DNA from: Eledone cirrhosa
Lineage: Eukaryota
Reading direction: 5' to 3'
DNA: 64,000 bases
Assembly: GCA_964016885.1 (NCBI GenBank)
Contig: OZ024740.1
Span: forward strand, 239,320,001-239,384,000
Both the position numbers and the translations under genes were made by a program. The notes beneath the pieces were generated by a model. The model was given only the letters and a program-made list of their open reading frames with translations. It was not told the origin of the DNA and did no database searches. Positions 1 to 13,075 of this stretch are shown one piece after another (positions within the stretch are counted from its first letter, which is position 1; each line of letters starts with the position of its first letter).

Positions 1-349
1 TGTTGAAATAATTGAGGACGATTTCTTCGACACGGGAAGAGAGATATTCGAAGAGTTGCTGGTGGCTGGAGGAAATTGAAAATCGGAAGAAGAAACAAAT
101 ACAATTGGACGAATGAGGAAGGAAAACTTTCAGTCTGATTAACTGGAAGATGTTTTTCATATATCCATGTGAGAGAGGGGAGAGAGGTGAGGGGCGAGGA
201 GAGCGAAATCTACACATGAGAAGACATCACCTTTCAAAGGGAAGTTTGAGCAAAGAGTATTACCGGTACTGTTTATCAACTTCAAAAGGCTGAAAGGTAA
301 GGTTGACCTTGACTTTGCTATTTAACCGCCTTACATATATATAAGGGAT

Positions 350-615
350 AAAGATCCCATAACTCCTTGTGGAGTCGTAAAGGCACCGCTATACGGTGTG
401 TCTAGGGCACTTTTAAACCTGGTGGAGCCCAACCCTCTCCAGGTCTGAACACAGCCGTTTTTTCTATAGAGGAAGAATCAACTGCAGTACTGGACTGGTA
501 CTTTTTTATCGACCTCGAAAGGATGAAAGTCAAAGATGACCACGGCAGAATTTGAACTCAGAGCGCGTAAAGTATTCTATCCGACGTCTTAACGATTCTG
601 CCAATTCACCGCCTT
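350..615 (-). mobile_element. tRNA-derived SINE, diverged copy
   Basis: Minus-strand head GGCGGTGAATTGGCAGAATCG...GAGTTCAAATTC (A/B boxes) plus the body CTTTCATCCTTTCGAGGTCGATAAAA..GTACCAGT shared with other copies. Confidence 0.75.
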
Positions 616-1269
616 TTACATATACACAATCAACTCAACTATTTAAAAAACTACTGCAAATATCAACTACAAACGTCTGTAAACATTCAAACAACAGTCC
701 GTTGCTTTTATGCGTTTTTTCTTCGATATCGGCCACTTCATGTAATAACGACAATAACTACTTTAATAAAAATAATGCCTGATTAATTGTTTGCTGAGGT
801 GTTCGGTCTGATATTTCAGACTACTGACTCCAGGAAGTGCAATTATTTTGTTGTCAATTAACTTCTAAGTAGATGTATTGTTCATTTGACTAGAACGACT
901 CCTTACAAACAAAAATGAACTATGCAACAGACTAATATATAAAAACGTTACTATGTTATGGTAAATGCAAAAAAAAAAAAGAAAAGAAAAAGGAAATGAT
1001 GATAAAGCAATAAAGTAGAGAACTCCCACTTGTTTTAATGAATATTAGATCATTGAACACTTGAGCTTTAAACATGCAAGCACCCTGTAGCGAAGAGTTT
1101 AACTTCACAAGCTGTTCAATAGTGGAAAGACCAGAAGAATTATCATAAAAGAAATTCAGCTGTCAGAAATGACCCAGTAGTTGAAAAGATGCTAAGTATT
1201 TAAGATACCCTTGTATTGGTATGGCATGAACCAGTAACTCCCGAGAGAGTTGTCAGGGTGTCATATTGA

Positions 1270-1565
1270 TATACAGTGTTTCTTAGGACATTTTAAAACC
1301 TGGCGGGGTCCATCACTTCTCCAGGCCTTAGTACAACAGATTTCTTCCAAAGAAGGATAGAGAGTGAGAGAGAAATGAAGTGAAAAAGAGGTATACAGGA
1401 AGAACCAACATCAGCACTATAGACTGGTATTTTTTTTTATCGACCTCGAAAAGTTGAAAGGCAAAGTTGACCTCAGCGGGATTTGAACTGAGAGTGCAAA
1501 GAACCTGAATGAATACCGCAAAGCACTTTAACTGACGTTCTAACGACTCTTCCAATTCACCACCT
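1270..1565 (-). mobile_element. tRNA-derived SINE, diverged copy
   Basis: Same head and body as 350-615 (atcgacctcgaaaagttgaaaggcaaagttgacctcagcgggatttgaactg). Confidence 0.7.
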
Positions 1566-1929
1566 ACTCTCGCATTGCCATATTTTAATTCAATTTACAG
1601 CAAGAAGACGTGATACAGTCTTAAAAAATCATATATTTATCGCTTTCGAATCCGAAACTTAATATACAGTGGAAAGATCAGAATACTTATTAAAAAAGAA
1701 GGTATACCGTTAGAAATGACCCATTAATTAAAGAGGTGATAAGTGTTTAAAATACTACCGTACCCCAACGTCTTAATTCAATTTGCAGCAAGACAACCAT
1801 AAAGGATCATGTATCTCTCGCTCTCGAATCCGAAACTTAAGATAACTCTGTTGAAAACTGCATTCATTTAGATATGTTATTCTTTCTCGCTAAGGCAAAA
1901 ACCACTACTTATACGAGAATGATGAGAAC

Positions 1930-2575
1930 ATAATGTTAGAAAAATAATTGTTTCTACGTTAGGCACAAGGCCAGCAATTACCCAGTGTATTACTGGTACT
2001 TTATTTTATCGACCCCGTAAGGATGAAAGGAAAAGTTAACCTCGGAGGGATTTGAACTCAGAATGGCAAGGGCCGTAACTCTATGCGCCAAAGCATGGCA
2101 TCCGACACTCTACCAATACTGCCAATCCACCGCCTATAATAATGTTAGAAAAATAATTGTTTCTACTTTAGGCACAAGGCCAGCAATCACCCAGTGCATT
2201 ACTGGTACTTTATTTTATCGACCCCGTAAGGATGAAAGGAAAAGTTAACCTCGGCGGGATTTGAATTCAGAATGGCAAGGGCCGTAACTCTATGCGCCAA
2301 AGCATGGCATCCGACACTCTACCAATATTGCCAATCCACCGCCTATTATAATGTTAGAAAAATAATTGTTTCTACTTTAGGCACAAGGCCAGCAATCACC
2401 CAGTGCATTACTGGTACTTTATTTTATCGACCCCGTAAGGATGAAAGGCAAAGTTAACCTCGGCGGGATTTGAATTCAGAATGGCAAGGGCCGTAACTCT
2501 ATGTGCCAAAGCATGGCATCCGACACTCTACCAATACTGCCAATCCACCGCCTATTATAATGTTAGAAAAATAAT
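1930..2575 (-). mobile_element. Three head-to-tail copies of a tRNA-derived SINE (209-bp period)
   Basis: Three near-identical units. Each has A box TGGCAGTATTGG and B box GAG/ATTCAAATCC on the minus strand, and they are separated and bounded by the 19-bp ATAATGTTAGAAAAATAAT. Confidence 0.9.
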
Positions 2576-2907
2576 GACATATCAATTCGTCACTCTAATA
2601 TAGGGGCGTGCAACAGCCGGCCCGCCAGACCAGTTAGAGTGGCCCACGATTACCGTTTTTAATTTTTACCTTGTAGGTTTATTTAGAATTTTTTTCGTAA
2701 CCGTAATACAATTTTCTTAGTTGACCTATACTAAAGGGTTTCCCTGATAGGGTTATGTGTGTTATGATTTCCCAGATCCATGTTATGGAAAGAAGTTGTG
2801 GTGAATCTTTGGAATAGTGCTTAATCTAAACTATAATAAAGTAAGAAGCGCGGGAGAGCGTACGGTTTATAATTTTTTATCCCCTTAGTTGGATTACTTT
2901 GAATAAA

Positions 2908-3040
2908 TAATTGTTTCTACTTTTGGCGCAAGGCCAGCAATTATGGCAGTACATTATTGGTACTTTATTTTATCGACCCCGTAAGGATGAAAGGCAAAGT
3001 TAATCTCGGCGGGATTTGAACTCAGACCATAAAGGGCCGA
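2908..3040 (-). mobile_element. SINE, partial copy
   Basis: ataattgtttctact...atcgaccccgtaaggatgaaaggcaaag...gggatttgaactcag. Confidence 0.8.
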
Positions 3041-4055
3041 ATGAATGAATATTACATAATTTATCTACTAAATTTCATGGCTGTTCATTAAATATATTTT
3101 ATTACTTATTTAAAGATTCACTTCTTTAAAATTTTCAAATATCAACTCTAATTTTCTCCTAATGCAGTTTATATATAATATCACCTTTTTTTAATGTATC
3201 ATGAATTACGTTACTGATTCCATAAGATAGTGTAACGCAGTCTTCGTACTATTTCTGTGTATATTGTCAATTACGATTTTATTTGATCATATCTACATGT
3301 ATATATACACTTGCGTATAATATCAATATACACACTACACATGCTAGCAGAAAACCACCCGAAGGTGGTTTTTCTGCTAGTAAATATTAATGGCCCTAAT
3401 AGTTGTTCCAATGTTCAAAGGTGAGCCGCCAATGGAATATGTTGCACATTCCTGCTCTAGTATAATTGCAACACAACACATTACTCTAAGAGACAAATAC
3501 ATCTTAGTGACCAGCAATGATTGCTTCTTTTGTTTTACTTTGTGTTGCTAATTACTAGTTATTTTTCATTCACGAATTACTAATTCTTTGACATATTTAC
3601 GTAACACAGCCCACCATATTTTCCTCCTCCCAGATGTGAGGTTTGATTACTGCAGACAATACTGTCACATTTTTCAGTCATAATTTTTGCCTGTATAAAA
3701 ATGTATCCTTTAAGATTAGGTTTATCATAAAAATCTTAACCGATACATAATATTATACAATACACTAACACACACACAAACACACATACACACAACACAA
3801 ACACATACATACATGTGTATATGTTATGAAATGTCTCGAAATGCAGTATTCTGATTTAGATGGGGTAGCCCAAGCAAGAAAGTAGGATTTTGCAGCACTT
3901 GTTGTTATGAAACGATCGATTAGTTCTTACAACAGTTGGTAGCTAAAAATAATATTCAATGATATTGATTTGAGAAATACGACTGAAACAAGATGACATG
4001 AAATACACATTGTTTACTACATTAGCTGAGCAAGCTTTAAGTTCACTTTGCTATT

Positions 4056-4162
<107 letters not shown>

Positions 4163-4786
4163 GTATATAGACATATATATGCATCCATTCATACAGGTAT
4201 ATACACAAACACAAATGACATGTCTAAGTGTGTACGAACGTATATAGGTACGTTTAAGAGCAAATGTTAATATACACCTCGTTAGGATATATGAGCTATA
4301 AGCTGAAATGCAGACACCTTAGCTATTCAATCACTAATAATGAGACAGATTGCGGTGACCTTAACAATGGTGAAATGTTACAGAAATGATATGATTCTAT
4401 TATTATTTAGAAGCTCCGCATTTGCATCATGCGGTAATAGTAGGTTCATGTTAGCTGCATCAATCACTAGAACAATTTACAAAAATATATTTCAATTGAC
4501 TTACAATGTAATATGAGTCATGTGTAATGATGTCATTCTACACTACAAGGAATCGATATATTCTTAATGTCACCAGCTTGACTCTCCCCTGTTTAACACA
4601 TTCTCTCTCTCTTTCTCTTTCTCATACCATACATATAGTGAGAGTGTAAATGAGAGCACATCAACCTCGGTATTCATGTTTTATCTAATCGAAGCGAGAT
4701 ATCATTGAGAGAGTATAATGACTAAATAAGAAGTTCAAGTTACGACTATATGTTCATGTGGCAATAAAGAGAATATGACATATTTA

Positions 4787-4838
<52 letters not shown>

Positions 4839-4937
4839 TAAAATAATGAATAAACAAAGAAACAGTTCCTTATATTAAAAAAATTCATTGAGTTCTTCAT
4901 ACGGATTGGACACTACCGTAAACTTTTGGTAGATTTA

Positions 4938-5066
<129 letters not shown>

Positions 5067-5201
5067 ATAAATGTCATCTGAGTTTTTGGAATATTAATAA
5101 TAACATTCGATTCGTTTGCAATTATGCGAACAAGCCTCATTTTTAAAGCCATGTCAGTAGAATGAAAGTTTCATTCTTGCTCTTGTGTTGCCATGTAAAC
5201 A

Positions 5202-5251
5202 GAACTGCAGACACTAATGTTTCTGGGTATCACCCTTCATCAGTACAGTTC
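5202..5251 (-). ncRNA. Type I hammerhead ribozyme (family A element ~5065-5360)
   Basis: GAACUGUA-CUGAUGA-A-GGGU gau ACCC-A-GAA-ACA uuag UGU-C^-UGCAGUUC. 8-bp stem I, intact core, GUC triplet. Confidence 0.85.
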
Positions 5252-5889
5252 ACTGTTCACCTGCCAACTGTCAGAGCTAGTGAAAATATATGCTATTTTC
5301 TAAAATATAGTCACTGATTGGCCTGGTTTGCATATCAGCAGACTGGCCATTTAAAAAAAATTATATATATACATATACATATATATATACACACTACGAA
5401 GATAATGTTTGTGGATTGCAGTTTTTTTCGTTTTCCATATTCAGAGTGTGGGGTTCAGTTTGTAAGTATACAGTTCGAGATCTAATAATATCGAAACGAA
5501 CCCGAAGGGGAAGAGAGTCGCCTTTGCGATTTTTACATTGCCTCCGATACTGGTAGAGGAAAGAGACGAAGAAACCCTGGGTCACGTTTTTTCTAAAACC
5601 ATAGACATGAACCGAAGATTGTATTATACCGGCGAGGGACTACTGCAGAGTTTTGATCTATTCAATTCTACGAAGAAGTGTATATCGTAATGGACAAGAG
5701 GTTCGACTCTAGCCTTAGGATGTTTATGTATATCCATCCATCCTTCTGTCCATCCATCTATCCATCCATCCATCCACCCATCCATCCATCCATCCATCCA
5801 TCCATCCATCCATACATCCATTCATCCATGCATCCATACACATATAGATACGCACACGCACGCGCTCTTGTATCTCACTTTAATGAGTA

Positions 5890-6130
5890 TGTTTTTTTGT
5901 AACCAAGGAATAGGAAATAACAACAAAACAATAATTGGATAAATGAGTAGGGATGCAGGTAAAATACTAAAATGTGACATCCGATGCAGATTCTGTGGAA
6001 TTAACATTGGAGATGTAAGCCACACCATAATAAACTGTTCGAAAAATGTTATCACAATACTATCTGTCTATGAGGTATGAGGTAATGTTTAAATCAATAT
6101 AGACTGAAATCTGCAGAAAGGATTGTTTTG
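5890..6130 (+). pseudogene. Decayed fragment of an R4/Dong-like RLE LINE (CCHC region)
   Basis: Translates with a frameshift to RDAGKILKCDIRCRFCGINIGDVSHTIINCSK..SQYYLSMRYEV, homologous to RDAGKTPRCDNKCRLCRTNIEDITHVISS..SSRYYLPMRHDV in the ORF at 50467-51219. Confidence 0.8.
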
Positions 6131-6189
6131 AACATCAAAATATAAGAAGTTACGGCTAATGTAAAAAATTACAATTGTGAAACTATGTA

Positions 6190-7050
6190 ATATATTCCAG
6201 ACATTTAGCCTGTAGTATTAACTTACCATTTTCGTAGTTTTCTCTCACTGTAGAGTATGATGGTTTCTTTCGCTCTGATGCGGATATGTTAATAGTTGAA
6301 TATGCTGAATCTTTATATGCAAATGTTTCTACACTAGAAGCAAGTAGAGATAAATAGGAGTTTTGACAACCAGGGACATCGATATATTATTTGTTTCGAT
6401 TTTGTTTTCCTTGAAGAAGTTCAGTTCTTTTTATTTTTAAAGTACTTCATTTCTTGATTGAATGAACTTTTCATGTCATGTCTGAGATCTCGTTTTTTGA
6501 AGATTCATGTGTATAAACGACGAAAAGGTATTACAGTAGAGCGAGCTACGTACTAGATCTCATCAGATGAATCCCGAGATATGCGAAGTGAAACAGGTTT
6601 TTGAGAGATTGTTCAGTTCGAGTGAAGTTGTTTAAAGGGTGGTGTATCTAGAAGAGGGTTGGTAAAAATCTGTGATTTCTTCTTCCAGCTTACATTCAGT
6701 CTACGTTCAGTCTATGTTGGGTATATGCATTATTAAACACTTGGATTATATAGTTTGTTGACATTTGTATAAGTTTGTAGAAACGCTTCCGTCGTCCATA
6801 TATTAAAGTTAAGCAGCGAGCTTTTGTACATTTATTTTTTAATTTGAGTTTGATAAAGCTGAAGGGATTTCTATTGGTTCTATAGTACAGGATAGGATGA
6901 TGAATACAACGAACAGGCTAGCTGTGATGATTCTTACTTTCTTTATGCCGAAATTCTTTTCGAAACGCACAGATTGTGTGCCTTTGGCAAGGACCACAAT
7001 TTTAATGGATTTCTTTGGATATCGAGAAAATACTCCAGCTTCTAACAGTT
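6190..7050 (-). pseudogene. Possible highly decayed Penelope-like RT remnant
   Basis: Only scattered short peptide resemblances (SGF; SIFNY*HIRI vs PLE KIFNRNTVKI). Many stops. Confidence 0.25.
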
Positions 7051-8222
7051 GCCAATTCTCTACTATGCTTAAATGAGACCCCCAATAGTATACTGCATCT
7101 ACAATTGGGGGCAGTGTTACTGCTCCGTAAACGAACATTGTATATTTCATACCCCAAAACGCAACTAAATGATTGTCATGGAGTCACTCATAAACACATA
7201 CTAGTAACTGGCTCGACACTTTGCTGTTTACTCACTACTAAAGTGGTTTCTAGTTTCATATCAACTTCAATCAAGCTCACCCGACTAACTTCCTTCTTTT
7301 CTTATTGTCACACATATTATGACCCCCGTCAGTCCCATATTAACCTCTATTGTTCCTCTTCATATGCCTACCGTTTAGAATTCCCTCCCTACAGCTGTCG
7401 ATTTATATTTGGTCGAAAGAGACATGAAGGCATCGATCTTACCAGATTCGGAAGTCTTGCAAAAGCCAAGGGATCAGCCCTCATCCTCCTGCTCAACCTG
7501 TTGAAAATGACCAAAACATCATCCCCCAAAACAAAAAACAAAAATTAAATAAAAAAAAACTCGAAACAAAACAATAACAACAACAAATCTATTCAAGGCA
7601 TCCGCCACTATTTTTTCAATCGCCCTCACGTTTTCATCTCTGAAACTTCGTATTAAATTCTAATTATAAATTGTTGACTGATAAAGAAATCAACATAAGC
7701 ACCAAGGAAACATCAATAATGGTTGCATAAGAAATGGTAATATATGGAGATGACTCAGTACAGCAACTAAACTAATTTTAAAATATTTATTTATGTTTAA
7801 GCTCTAAGGAATTCACTTTGTTGGTTATTAGTAGAGAATCAATAAAATTAACTTTTAATGTCCAATGCATTTTAAATATAACTCGTTAAATAAATCTAAA
7901 GCCAAGTTAAAAACCATGCTTCCCTTCCTTCTCTTAGCAACATGGATACCGTACTGACTAAAATATATCATATTTCGAAGTATTCATAATTTCTTTTGCT
8001 ACAAACTATTTTCTCATATTTGCTTGTGGTGGGTAACAAATTATAAATTTTATTTTCTGACTGTCTCAGCCGGACTTATGATTGAATTTTATATTCATGT
8101 AATGTGTAGATCCAGCATCAAGTAAAACTTAGCCTGGAGATTCGCCTGTTTTTCACAGAATCAGTGATAAACAGTTAAAACTCCAGAGTAACACGACCCA
8201 CTATTTTGCCCTAATAAAATGA

Positions 8223-8257
<35 letters not shown>

Positions 8258-8269
8258 AATATATAGTAA

Positions 8270-8470
8270 TAATAATAAATTTGAAGACTAAAATCCAAAG
8301 AGGGCTCGATAAGGATAAATATATATCAAATATATAAGAACCGTAGAGCAAATATATATTAAAATAACAGATTAAAGAATCCTGCTTTCACCCTTAACGG
8401 GATCTTCTGAAGATCCCGTTAAGGGTGAAAGCAGCGATTCTTTGCTTAAACTTTAATCTGTTATTTTAAT
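8270..8470. mobile_element. (TA)n-flanked fold-back element with partial hammerhead (family E; also 24350-24470, 58595-58735)
   Basis: Inverted arms meet at gatcttc-t-gaagatc. The right arm reads CTGAAGA-T-CCC gttaa GGG-T-GAAA. Stems I and III are not resolved. Confidence 0.6.
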
Positions 8471-8481
8471 AATCCCCCCCC

Positions 8482-8524
<43 letters not shown>

Positions 8525-8729
8525 CCAAGTAAAGAAACGTTAGTTGATCAATTAATCGAACGACTGTAGTGTAAACAGACATAAACACTCCATGACGTGG
8601 GTACATTAAGGTATTATCTATTATAAAGAAGAGAGGCGTTTCTATCTATACATCCTCTATTTATTATTATATAATAAATAGCGGATGTATATAACACATC
8701 TCTCTTCTTTATATATATATATATATATT

Positions 8730-9052
<323 letters not shown>

Positions 9053-9062
9053 TATATATATA

Positions 9063-9210
<148 letters not shown>

Positions 9211-9355
9211 AAAGTTTTATTTAAAAGTGTTGGGTTACAACGAGTAAATATTTTATAACTGATATAAAAGCACTCAACAGTTTCTCAACTTTTTAAATGG
9301 AAGCTGCATTATTATAAGGTATGTCAAAATTATTTATAAAACAGCTTATGTATTG

Positions 9356-9421
9356 TATTTTGTCTGAGGAAGGCATACCATATTTTTAATATGATATCCC
9401 AGAAATATATATAACGAAATA
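9356..9421 (+). ncRNA. Hammerhead ribozyme (family B)
   Basis: UAUUUUGU-CUGAGGA-long stem II (GGCAUACCAUAUU..AAUAUGAUAUCC)-A-GAAAU auau AUA^-ACGAAAUA. Confidence 0.7.
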
Positions 9422-9462
9422 AATATGGTTTTATAAATATAGTTTCCATTTGTTTAATATCG

Positions 9463-9493
<31 letters not shown>

Positions 9494-9523
9494 TCATTAT
9501 ATACATATATGCAGGATTCTTTA

Positions 9524-9712
9524 GGGCGGTGGATTGGCAGTATCGGTAGAGAGTCGGACGCTATGCTTTCCAGCATAGTTACGTCCCTTTACGGTCTGAG
9601 TTCAAATCCCGCCGAGGTTAACTTTACCTTTCATCCTTACGGGGTCGATAATATAAAGTACCAGTAATGTACTGGATAATTGCTGGCCTTGTGCCAAAAG
9701 TAGAAACAATTA
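9524..9712 (+). mobile_element. tRNA-derived SINE, full length
   Basis: GGCGGTGGATTGGCAGTATCGG (A box), GAGTTCAAATCC (B box), then body and AGAAACAATTAT tail. Confidence 0.9.
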
Positions 9713-11878
9713 TATACATATATGAGTATATATATATATATATATACTCATTATATAAAATATTTGTTTTTGTAGACTGGCATCAAACGATATTTATATC
9801 CTGATCAATGATTCCATTTGCTGTGGTCCTAAAATAATTTCTGTAAGACGATCAATAAAAAAACTCCATAGTGAATGTAAAGAAAGTGTTTTAGTCAATG
9901 TCGGTTTAAGGAGTAGTTCAGTAACAAAACAAAACAATTCCTTCAATTCTTGAATATTTTTGCCATTTCTTTTATTATATATAGCTTCCATTTCGTTCAC
10001 AGAGTCAAAGAAAACATTTCAAATCTATTTGTTCACTGATGTAGAAAATGGTATTTCTGATAGCTCAAGGAAACGGGTCTTTCTTGTGTAGAAATATTTT
10101 ATAATGCATTCTATGTTAACTACTTCAAACGTTTCCAAGACAAAGTATTCAGCTGGGTTTTGGGAACATGATATCAATCAAAAGAGAAACGTCCTTGAAA
10201 TGTTAATTTAATTAATTTCTTCTAGTTTAGTCAACATGATTAGTAAAACTGAAAATAAGTCTGACGTGTTAAATGTAACTGAATTTCTATAGCCTACAGT
10301 CAACTCAGTCAAATGGAATAATTCTTTAATTAAAGGGTACAATGGAAATATGTCATTTAGGTTATCTACACAACATGACGTTATCTATGATTCCTTTCAG
10401 AGTTGATAAGATAAGTAACATTGATAATATAATCCAACTATTGTTAGCTTCATAAATTGGGATTATTGTTTTTTTTTTTTTTAGTTTAGCCCTGATTCAG
10501 TTGACCAATGATCAAATGCTGTCAGGCCATGTGTATCAGGCATTACATTGTCCAACGAGTCCTTCGATATTTAAGATGGTAACGTGCGATGGTAAGAGGA
10601 GATTTGGCTGCTATTTCTAGTAGGTCATGCAAACACATGGAAGCTTATTTTGTTATCTCTGGTTGCCATGTTCGCTTCCTTTAGTTGTCTAGGTGTAGAT
10701 AATCTCAGTCTTTAAATTAGTAAGAAGGGCAAGTTTTAGGAAATGTATATGAAAAAAGAACTATTCTTTCACTAAATTTACAACAAAGATGAAAAGGAGA
10801 AATATCATGAATTAATGATATTAGTGGGGAAGATATAGCACCATAGGCAATCTTCAAAGATAAAAATTTGGTCACTAAAATGAATTGCGTAGTCTATTAT
10901 ATTTCATCAAAGCTTTAAAAAGATAAAACATTTAATATAAGTTTAACTCCTGTTTGGTAATAGTTTAATTTTAAGTGATATTCTTCACTGCATACATTTA
11001 CTTAAATATTATGTAAAATTAATTTTTTCAAGTTTTTTTCCAAGATAAATCATTTGGAATAGCTCAAATATATTGGAATTTAACCGAGGGAGATTACTTT
11101 TGTTGTCATCTGGTTCTATTTATGAAACAATGTTAGATTGGGAACAGCTTCACTACTGTCACAAGTCTCCATGTTTAAAATCCTTAAGTCCATTTTGCCT
11201 TTCATCCTTACGGGGTCGATAAAATAAAGTACCAATAATGCACTGGGTAATTGCTGGCCTTGTGCCGAAAGAAGAAACAATTATTTGATATAACTGTCGT
11301 GTAGGTCAATCCACGTTGGATGAACGATAAGACATTGTAACATGGCAGCCTGAATTGATACATAAAACAGTAAATTTCTATGCAAGAAATATCTGTTTGC
11401 TTCCTGGGAATTTAGTTTCGATTTTCAGTCTTTTATTTATCAAAGTTTATATTTGAAATGTCGCAGCAAAATCGTGTAAATTGGCATTCTCTAAATGATT
11501 TACTAGAGGCTGTAATGCAATAATAGAAGAAAACAAAGCACCCTACATCCCATGAATCTATCTACTGACGACACCTACCTAGAGGGTGTCGTATATAATG
11601 ACAATGCGAACTAGAGCATTAGAATGCAAATATGTTTTTGTATACCATATGGACTGTAGGTAGCAGCCAGAAAGACTCAGTGCAGCTACACATTAGGATC
11701 CCGCGTCAATCACATCCGCATCAAAATTATTTTATTTACATCAAAAACACACAAGTTTCCCCGTAGGCCTTCTTCAACTTTTTACACTTTCATTCGATAC
11801 TCACGTTGTCAAGTATGAAATACGTTTCGATCGCTTAAAATCAGCTACAAGAGTTAGAGTTCCAATCCATTTCGTTAG

Positions 11879-12225
11879 TTCTTCTTCTTCTTCTTCTTCT
11901 TCTTCTTCTTCTTCTTCTTCTTCTTCTTCTTCTTCTTCTTCTTCTTCTTCTTCTTCTTCTTCTTCTTCTTCTCCTCCTCCTCCTCCTCCTTCTTCTTCTT
12001 CTTCTTCTTCTTCTTCTTCTTCTTCTTCTTCTTCTTCTTCTTCTTCTTCTTCTTCTTCTTCTTCTTCTTCTTCTTCTTCTTCTTCTTCTTCTTCTCCTCC
12101 TCCTCCTCCTCCTCCTCCTCCTTCTTCTTCTTCTTCTTCTTCTTCTTCTTCTTCTTCTTCTTCTTCTTCTTCTTCTTCTTCTTCTTCTTCTTCTTCTTCT
12201 TCTTCTTCTTCTTCTTCTTCTTCTC
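11879..12225. repeat. (TTC)n/(TCC)n microsatellite
   Basis: Direct reading. Confidence 0.98.
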
Positions 12226-12744
12226 GGAGGAATATTCCAGTTTCCAAACGCAGCAAACCATAATGTTGTTTCACTCATCTGATTATGCTGCAGCAACCAC
12301 ATCCAATACTACATAACAATCTTGACCGTCCCTATATAATTTCTGGACTAACTGGGCATTATATGGATGACAATGAATGGTGAATTAGAATGTAACCAGT
12401 AAAAGTTTTTATTCATTCACTGTCTGCATTCATTTGTCGTCCATTACATACATTTCCCATTTTTAAAAAACAAACGGAGATTTTTCTGACGACTTAGTAG
12501 TTGAGTGTTTACCATTGAAATAATCTTAAACATTTGTGTGCAAAAACATACGCGCTGTTATTTTTTCTGTCGTTAATTTAGCGGCCATAATGTAACAATC
12601 TAAAAATGTTTTTAAAATCTAAGATATTGATATAAAAGTATGCCAAAAATTATTTAATAAATAAATTTCAAGTAAGAATTATAGTATTAAATACATCTCC
12701 TATGCGGCCAGACGTTTGGAATTAATTTATTCTTTTACTGGTAA

Positions 12745-13075
12745 TATATTGGACCTCCGTGGTTTCCGGTGACGAGTGCTTCTTGTTGACTCAATCAACG
12801 GAACTTCCTGCTTTTGAAATTAACGTGTATGTGAGTGAATATTCCACAGACACGGTACTTTTAACGAAGTCCTCAAAGAGATTCAGCGTGACACAGTGTG
12901 TGAAAAAGCTGCCCGCTTTTATAACAAGTAAAACTCATTTTGCTACCATAGTGAACTGGAGCAACGTAAAATAAAGAGACTTGTTCAAGGACAAACCATT
13001 CCGCCCTGTACAGGAATCGAATACACGACCTCACGATCATATGTTGAACACACTAACCACTAAACCACGCCCCTT
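12745..13075 (-). mobile_element. Second, older tRNA-derived SINE family (also ~17900-18225 and ~53600-53900)
   Basis: tRNA-like head at the right end (cgtggtttagtggttag...ttcgattcctg on minus). The body gattcagcgtgacac/aatattccacagacac is shared with ~17900-18225. Confidence 0.55.

Noticed and set aside
2063-2457. Duplicated 61-aa ORFs, or a CRISPR-like array
   Set aside because: These are antisense readings of tandem SINE units. There are no unique spacers or cas genes, and the DNA is eukaryotic.
3344-3380. Rho-independent terminator
   Set aside because: Eukaryotic context with no upstream gene. Kept only as an unexplained palindrome.
7015-7548. 177-aa ORF
   Set aside because: No recognisable domain. 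It starts at TTG and partly overlaps decayed repeat sequence.
9524-9615. tRNA gene
   Set aside because: A/B boxes are present but there is no cloverleaf, and the sequence continues into a SINE body repeated many times.
11565-11592. Hammerhead-like CTGACGA-CACC...GGTG
   Set aside because: No GAAA or stem III follows. It is a simple hairpin.
11801-12302. Poly-E, poly-R and poly-K ORFs
   Set aside because: Three frames of one (GAA)n tract, with no supporting coding context.
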